Shown here: positions 58,385 to 64,000 of the stretch, piece by piece
How the letters are laid out: the number at the start of each line of letters is the position of its first letter
How positions within the stretch are numbered: position 1 is the stretch's first letter
Assembly (NCBI GenBank): GCA_038321615.1
Contig: JBBQFC010000004.1
Location: forward strand, 12,768-76,767
Source: Flavobacteriales bacterium
Lineage (GTDB): Bacteria > Bacteroidota > Bacteroidia > Flavobacteriales_D > Cryomorphaceae
Length of the DNA stretch: 64,000 bases
Reading direction: 5' to 3'
The notes under the pieces: model-generated
Databases searched by the model: none
Told to the model about the DNA's origin: nothing
The model's input: only the letters and a program-made list of their open reading frames with translations
Translations under genes and position numbers: made by a program

Positions 58385-60388
58385 TTAGGCTAGCAGAGCT
58401 TCTTCCTTTTCAACCTTTACCTTGCGCCCTTCTACTATGTACATATCAATCTCGCCTTTGTTTTTGGCTTCAATCTTTCCGCGATGGAAGCACTGAAAAT
58501 CGGCTTGGATATATTCATACGTGGTACCCGATATATTGACTTTGCCTGGAATCCCACTCGACTCCATTCGGCTGGCTGTATTCACTGCATCGCCCCATAT
58601 ATCGTAGGCAAATTTGTTCTTGCCAACCACTCCGGCAACCACAGGTCCGGTGTGGATTCCTATACGAAGCTCCCAAATTTCCTTGCCCATGGCCAAGCGC
58701 TCTTGTTTGAGTTGCTCCATAAAATCTCTGATCTCTAAGGCAGCACCCACAACATCTATCGGGTTATTGGAATTGACAGCCGGGATACCTCCTGCACACA
58801 TGTAAGCGTCCCCAATGGTCTTAATCTTCTCGAGATTATATTTATCAATAATTGTATCGAAGGCCACGAAACAATAGTTCAGTTCTTCGACCAATTCCTG
58901 AGGCGAAAGCTTCTCCGCAATGGCAGTAAAACCTTTGAAATCAGTAAATAACACTGAAACCTTTTCATAATACCTCGGTGTAGCGCTGCCTTTAGATTTT
59001 AATTCTTCGGCTGTTTCCTGAGGCAAAATGTTCAATAGAAGCCTTTCGGAACGGTCCTTTTCAGCGGCGATAATTTTACTGGTCTTTCGGGTGTATTTGT
59101 AGCGGTTGTACAATCCCGCGATAAGGATTAATAAAAGCACCCCCGCTATCGCTGCCCCATTTCTTATGGCCTTCTCACGCTCTAATTCCAATTGCTTTAG
59201 TTCCTGATCCTTTTCCAGGAGCGATATCTGCCCTTGCTTCTGCTCAATCTCATAGCTGAGCGTCTGAGACTGAAGCTTTTTGTCCATCTCGGCGTCGTAC
59301 AACGTATCCTTCAAACTGGAAGACAATTTATAAAATTCGAAAGCCAACTTGTAATTTGGAATCTTAGAATAGGTATCGGCCAAACCTTCATATGCCGTTT
59401 GAACTTCGTACAATGCGCCTATATCTTCTGCGAGGTCTTTTGAAATGTTGAAGGAGCGAATGGCATTATCAAGGTCACCCATTTCTTCATAGGTCAACGC
59501 AAGGGAAAGCAATACCTGCGCCATTTCCAGACGAGCATCTAAGGCCTGAGCCAATTCGAAAGCCTCCTTCTGAAACTGAATTGCCTTCGCAAAGTCATTG
59601 CGGGCAAAATGTACTTTTCCGATACTGTTTAAGGCAAAAGCCACATTGCCCGTAGCCGATTTTTGAAACGCATCCAAGGCCAATTCAAAATAGTAAAGTG
59701 CTGAATCAATATTCTGAGTTTTAGTACTCAAATCAAGGCCAAGAGTATCTCTCAAATAAAGTTCACCCATATTTACAGCGCAGCTGCCAAGGGCATCATA
59801 ATCCCCTAACTTCTTACATAAGGGCAAGGCCCGATTATAAAAATCAAAAGCCAGATCTTCGCTTTTCTCCTTTGTTAAATAGACACCTGCTATATTAATA
59901 AGCGCAGTAACAAATCGGAGTGTGTCATCATTCTTTTCAGCAACTTCCAATGATTGTAAATAAAACTTCAAAGCTGCCTCATCATCGCCTCCATTAAAAT
60001 GGACTGCTCCCAGATTGTTTAATATGTTTGAAACCCCGTTCATGTCGTTGATCGACCTGAATACCTCAAGTGCAATCTGCCACTCCACGAGGGCATCTAC
60101 CCAATCGTTCTGAAAATAGTAGGACATTCCCAATGCCTTGTGCGAATAGGCCAAGCCACTTGGATAATTACTTTTCTCAGCCAGATCCCGAGCTTCCGTA
60201 GCAATCTTTTTTGCTTCCCGCGGGTCAACCCGATAATAGTTGGCCGCTAAATCTATTAAAGTATTGACCCGTAAAGAATCGACCATAGGCCGCTTCAAGA
60301 CCTTCTTCAGACTGTCAATCACAGGATCCTGCCCACACACACTGATGGCCAGGAGCATTCCCAACATAGTTACTAACCAAATTTTCAC
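58385..60388 (-). CDS. TPR-repeat sensor fused to class III adenylate/guanylate cyclase
   Basis: Signal peptide, multiple TPR units, one TM. Cyclase domain VLFTDFKGFT...KTIGDAYMCAGG...GIHTGPVVAGVVG...YDIWGDAVNTASRMES. The TTG at 60412 lies in the neighbouring terminator T-run, so GTG 60388 (or ATG 60367) is preferred. Confidence 0.85.
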   Translation of the reverse strand: MKIWLVTMLGMLLAISVCGQDPVIDSLKKVLKRPMVDSLRVNTLIDLAANYYRVDPREAKKIATEARDLAEKSNYPSGLAYSHKALGMSYYFQNDWVDALVEWQIALEVFRSINDMNGVSNILNNLGAVHFNGGDDEAALKFYLQSLEVAEKNDDTLRFVTALINIAGVYLTKEKSEDLAFDFYNRALPLCKKLGDYDALGSCAVNMGELYLRDTLGLDLSTKTQNIDSALYYFELALDAFQKSATGNVAFALNSIGKVHFARNDFAKAIQFQKEAFELAQALDARLEMAQVLLSLALTYEEMGDLDNAIRSFNISKDLAEDIGALYEVQTAYEGLADTYSKIPNYKLAFEFYKLSSSLKDTLYDAEMDKKLQSQTLSYEIEQKQGQISLLEKDQELKQLELEREKAIRNGAAIAGVLLLILIAGLYNRYKYTRKTSKIIAAEKDRSERLLLNILPQETAEELKSKGSATPRYYEKVSVLFTDFKGFTAIAEKLSPQELVEELNYCFVAFDTIIDKYNLEKIKTIGDAYMCAGGIPAVNSNNPIDVVGAALEIRDFMEQLKQERLAMGKEIWELRIGIHTGPVVAGVVGKNKFAYDIWGDAVNTASRMESSGIPGKVNISGTTYEYIQADFQCFHRGKIEAKNKGEIDMYIVEGRKVKVEKEEALLA

Positions 60389-60410
60389 GGACCTAAGGTA
60401 GGAGATTTCC

Positions 60411-60446
60411 AAAAAAGATAAGCAGCATTATGAAATGCTGCTTATC
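60411..60446 (-). terminator. Intrinsic terminator after the S8 peptidase gene
   Basis: 12-bp perfect stem GATAAGCAGCAT/ATGCTGCTTATC with a 6-nt loop. The minus strand continues with TTTTTT. Confidence 0.8.
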
Positions 60447-60476
60447 GCTTAAGAATTCCAATATTTAAAAATTCAA

Positions 60477-63400
60477 TTATTCAATAATCACATTCATCGC
60501 CCGAGACCAACTATTTGAGGAAACTCTGATGATATACAAGCCCGGACTAAGGTTTGAAAGATCCACTTCCGATATCATCCCTGAACTGTGAGGGGCTGGG
60601 ATGGAATGCTTTTTCCCGACACTGTCGTACACCTCCAAATTATTCCACGTGTCGCCTGTGCCTGTAACTTGGATAAACACTTTTCCCGACGAAGGATTAG
60701 GGAAGAGGACTGTTTCCAACACAGATTCTTCAGCATTCAATTTAGCTCTTGCATTATTTTTAGAAGCTTCTTCACATTCCAGGAACCACCATGCAGTGGC
60801 AAACCGGAATCTCGATCCACCATTCTCAATATTCGATCGTAATAGCCATCTCAGCAATTCCCCATCATAAGGAATGGAGAAGGAGCCACCACCGGAAAGA
60901 AATACTTCCGGCTGGTTTGTATCGTCTCTCTCAGCGTTAAGCAACGCGTTGGAACTTCCTTTTGGAATATAGACATCAGTCGGATTATTATTCTCGTAAT
61001 AGAAAAGGGCTAAATAATTGAATCCATTTTCATCGGGTTGTTCAAAATATTGGAAACATTCAAAATAAGGCAGGATCATTTGTGTGCCGGGCCCGGTTGG
61101 ATTCACATATAGGGTGCCATCGCCTGCCACGAAAGAATAGTTAACCGCGGTAGCATTTGGGATAATCTCATAAACCCCAGCTTCGCCAGTATAAGTTGGG
61201 CTGAGCTCGTAGAAAAAATCGCTAATAACACCCGCATCATCACCATTGACAAATCCATCGAAAGTCGATTCAAAAACAGGTAGTTCACTCCCTTCATTAA
61301 TACCATAAACACCCGTATTTATAATTACTTCTTTCGGCGATATCACCAGGGTCGCAATGCCGGAGCCCATGTAATTGTTGTCAAATACAATTGCATCAAC
61401 GTTGTAATCACCCGCATTCACAGGCAAGTCAGTTGATCCATTGTAGGTTACCTCCACAATCAGAACCGAGGGAGTAGAAATCACAGTAACTTCTTTAGGA
61501 TTTCCATCATATTCCTGTATCAAATCGGTAAAGAGCAGTTGTGCTTGCCCTGGATCAATAACCAAAATACCTACCGATGAACCCATATAGTTTGAATCAA
61601 CCACTGTGGCTTGAACGCTGTAAGAACCGGCATTGACTGGCGCATCAGGCAAACCCTCATACGCAAACAACAATGTGAGCCCCGCAGGACTCGTAGTGCC
61701 GCTTATTGGTTTGGGGTTACCATCATAAATCTGGCTTAGCTCTAGCAAGGAAATACTCGCTTCTGCTTTCTCTATTCCCAATGTAGCCAAGGCTAATCCT
61801 TCGTAATTATCATCTACAACTACTACCTGCACTTCGTACGAACCTGCATTGACAGGCAGGTCTTCCGAATTATTGTAGCTCACGGAAACCGTCAATTCAC
61901 TTGGGGTAGTGCTCACCGAAACAGATTTGGCTGAGCCATCATAGGTTTGGTTCAAGTCAGTAATCTCTATTCCAGCTGTTGCTTTATCAATAGTTAATAA
62001 CCCACTAACCGAACCGGTGTAATTCGGATTCGTTATGACAACATCTACCGCATATGTTCCAGCATTTACGGGAAGATCGGATGAGCCATCGTATGTAATC
62101 GCTGCTGCCAGGCCTTGTGGATCAGTGGTGACCAAAACAGATTTTCCGGAACCGTCGTAAACCTGCGTGGTACTTGCAAGGTCTATGTTCACTACAGCTT
62201 CAGCAGGAAGAATTGTAAGGGTCGCTGTAGCTGAGCCGGTATAATTGCTATCCGTCACTACTACTTCTACAAGGTAGCTGCCTGCATCTATTGGAAGTGT
62301 TTCTTCGCCGTTGTAGGTAATAGCGTAAGCCACCGTATCGGGGACTGCACTAACAATAACCTGCTTGGCTGAGCCATCGTAAACCTGTGTCAGACTTTCG
62401 ATATCGAATTCAAAAGTAGCTTCGTCCGGCAAAACAATCAGACTACCTGAGAGGTAGGAAACATTGAAATTATTGGATAAAAATGCACCCGGCAGTATAA
62501 AATGCGTGCCTACCGTTTCGCCGGTAACAAGGTTTATAGATTCCGTTTCTACCACCCCTATTGAATCGCCTGAAAGTATCGCAATATCTCCTTCACCCAA
62601 TATGACGATTGTTTGGGAATTGCTATTTGCAGTAAAAGTAGTGGTACTTAATTCGCCTGAGCTATTGAGCAGTGAACTCGAATTGGTAAGCGGAATAGTT
62701 TCCAACAATTCTCCATCCTCGCCAACGGTGTTTACCAATGCGGTGGCCCGGACAAGTCGGAAACCATTAACCAGTGCCGTTGCCCGAACCAGGCGGGCTG
62801 TAGCATTCGTAAAAGCAGCAGCTTCATAGAAACTTTGGGGTTCAATAAGTTCGCCGTTCACCAATGCTGTAGCTCTAACCAATCTGACTGCCGAAGAGAT
62901 CATGAAACTTTTATTTGCGAGAAGTTCTTCCGTTGTAAACGGATCACTTATATCGTTGACCAAAGCAGTGGCTCGCACCAGAACGGCTCCTTTATTTACC
63001 AAGGCGGTGGCATGCACAAGCCTTAATCCGTTGATGATAATATCTTTATCTCCTTCCGAAATATTTAGAGAATTATTTTGGTTAAACAAATAATCAAAAT
63101 CAAATCCAACCAGGGAATCATTGTAAATAAGGGTTGTGTCGCGCGTATCGATTATAAGATCAAGCGGATTAATCGTCATCAAACCATTGCTAAACACAAA
63201 ATTAAATCGCTCCAACAGCGAAACGTCCATGGCATCGGTTGCTTCCACATCACTCAGTGGATTCAAAGGGTCGCTGTCATCGGGTTCAATGCCCCAAAGT
63301 CCGACATTGCTCAAAGAGTTTGCTACGGTAATGATATTAATTCCCAAAATTCGGGCAAGTTCTTCCTGCGTTAAACCGGCAGAGTCAATCGGTAAATTCC

Positions 63401-64000
63401 CATCAAGAGTGCCTAGAAAATACCCTGCGCTGAACTGAGGAATGGTTTCGCCATAGATCTTGACTGTATCTTGAATATCCACGAAGATGGTCGTTTTCGT
63501 AGTGAGATAAACCGGGTTCGAAAGTCCGCCATCTAATCCGTTAGTGCCGGGCTGAGAAGGATTAAAAACCTGTATTTCCGGAAAGAGAATATCCTGAAAC
63601 GGTGGAATAATTGCGGTTATCGCGGTATCGCCTTGTAAAGTCGATATCGTTTCCAGAAATACCCCATTGAAGTAAACTTGAGATTCGGCATTGAGATATT
63701 CGCCGCTTATCACAATAGGAATTTCATCAATACCTGGAACAAGGGTCGTGTCGTAGGTAACGGTGATGAGAAATGCAGTGGGATTGGCTAAGGTGTTAAG
63801 CGCGGAATCTGCTAAAAGGAAACCTGCTCCCGATTCCACATCGTAACCCGGGCCGTACATGTCGAGAGCGGAATTTTGAAGGAGTAATTTGAGCTCTTCG
63901 GGACTCAGATTTCCCTCATCATCGTAAAATTTTTGACGCGCTTCTAAGACTAAAGCAGCCATACCTGCAGCGTGAGGTGCAGCAGCAGAAGTTCCAATAA
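60477..64000 (-). CDS. Giant S8 (subtilisin-family) peptidase with MBG-domain repeats and T9SS type-A C-terminal domain; 5' end lies outside the window
   Basis: The frame stays open to the window edge, encoding IGTSAAAPHAAGMAALV (catalytic Ser motif GTSxAAP). Five tandem ~72-aa MBG-like units follow (YDGSAK...ITYNG...PVNAGSY...NYxGS). C-terminus LFPNPSSGKVFIQV...PGLYIIRVSS. Confidence 0.85.
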   Translation of the reverse strand, partial: IGTSAAAPHAAGMAALVLEARQKFYDDEGNLSPEELKLLLQNSALDMYGPGYDVESGAGFLLADSALNTLANPTAFLITVTYDTTLVPGIDEIPIVISGEYLNAESQVYFNGVFLETISTLQGDTAITAIIPPFQDILFPEIQVFNPSQPGTNGLDGGLSNPVYLTTKTTIFVDIQDTVKIYGETIPQFSAGYFLGTLDGNLPIDSAGLTQEELARILGINIITVANSLSNVGLWGIEPDDSDPLNPLSDVEATDAMDVSLLERFNFVFSNGLMTINPLDLIIDTRDTTLIYNDSLVGFDFDYLFNQNNSLNISEGDKDIIINGLRLVHATALVNKGAVLVRATALVNDISDPFTTEELLANKSFMISSAVRLVRATALVNGELIEPQSFYEAAAFTNATARLVRATALVNGFRLVRATALVNTVGEDGELLETIPLTNSSSLLNSSGELSTTTFTANSNSQTIVILGEGDIAILSGDSIGVVETESINLVTGETVGTHFILPGAFLSNNFNVSYLSGSLIVLPDEATFEFDIESLTQVYDGSAKQVIVSAVPDTVAYAITYNGEETLPIDAGSYLVEVVVTDSNYTGSATATLTILPAEAVVNIDLASTTQVYDGSGKSVLVTTDPQGLAAAITYDGSSDLPVNAGTYAVDVVITNPNYTGSVSGLLTIDKATAGIEITDLNQTYDGSAKSVSVSTTPSELTVSVSYNNSEDLPVNAGSYEVQVVVVDDNYEGLALATLGIEKAEASISLLELSQIYDGNPKPISGTTSPAGLTLLFAYEGLPDAPVNAGSYSVQATVVDSNYMGSSVGILVIDPGQAQLLFTDLIQEYDGNPKEVTVISTPSVLIVEVTYNGSTDLPVNAGDYNVDAIVFDNNYMGSGIATLVISPKEVIINTGVYGINEGSELPVFESTFDGFVNGDDAGVISDFFYELSPTYTGEAGVYEIIPNATAVNYSFVAGDGTLYVNPTGPGTQMILPYFECFQYFEQPDENGFNYLALFYYENNNPTDVYIPKGSSNALLNAERDDTNQPEVFLSGGGSFSIPYDGELLRWLLRSNIENGGSRFRFATAWWFLECEEASKNNARAKLNAEESVLETVLFPNPSSGKVFIQVTGTGDTWNNLEVYDSVGKKHSIPAPHSSGMISEVDLSNLSPGLYIIRVSSNSWSRAMNVIIE
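61330..62410 (-). repeat. Five tandem ~216-bp coding repeats (MBG-type Ig-like domains)
   Basis: Protein units begin FDIESLTQVYDGSAK, NIDLASTTQVYDGSGK, IEITDLNQTYDGSAK, ISLLELSQIYDGNPK, LLFTDLIQEYDGNPK. Boundaries are approximate. Confidence 0.8.
62725..63035 (-). repeat. Six copies of the 9-aa motif (R/V)LV(R/H)ATALVN within about 105 aa
   Basis: LRLVHATALVN, AVLVRATALVN, VRLVRATALVN, ARLVRATALVN, FRLVRATALVN, with different synonymous codons in different copies. Boundaries are approximate. Confidence 0.8.

Noticed and set aside
60389-60412. TTG at 60412 as the start of the cyclase gene
   Set aside because: The codon lies in the T-run of the preceding gene's terminator. GTG 60388 (giving MKIWLVTMLGMLLAISVCGQ) or ATG 60367 yields a normal signal peptide.

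Overview
This is a chromosomal segment of a Bacteroidota-type genome. Five proteins carry T9SS C-terminal sorting domains, TAnnTTTG -7 promoter boxes sit upstream of many genes, and there are no Shine-Dalgarno signals. The window spans the dnaA locus and holds about 50 protein genes and one tRNA-Arg(TCT). I saw no rRNA, CRISPR array, transposase or integrase. Most of it is housekeeping: ligA, prmC, ribD, dnaA, fabG, pepA, tsaC, mscL, cysE-cysM, sucD and mnmE. The rest is secreted or surface proteins and orphan signalling proteins (a PP2C sensor phosphatase and a TPR adenylate cyclase). Two blocks look like uncharacterised systems. (1) 18.2-26.6 kb holds two convergent operons with three ATP-grasp/GspS-type amidoligases, a GATase1/C26-type hydrolase, an M17 aminopeptidase and two esterases. 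One ligase is fused to 11 tandem 20-aa Lys/Pro-rich repeats (60-bp DNA period) plus a histone-H1-like tail. (2) 32.7-40.4 kb is a tightly coupled seven-gene minus-strand operon joining T9SS-exported lamin-tail-domain proteins and a CotH-type kinase with a VTC (polyphosphate-polymerase-like) / DUF4956 / DUF2490 membrane module. Smaller observations: a PAP2/vanadium-haloperoxidase-like gene is broken by one in-frame TAA. A six-fold LVRATALVN peptide motif occurs in a giant S8 peptidase. Three genes have a -7 box 4-6 nt from the ATG, which suggests near-leaderless mRNAs. A strong intrinsic terminator has no obvious gene. All functional calls come from motif recognition by eye; no database search was possible.
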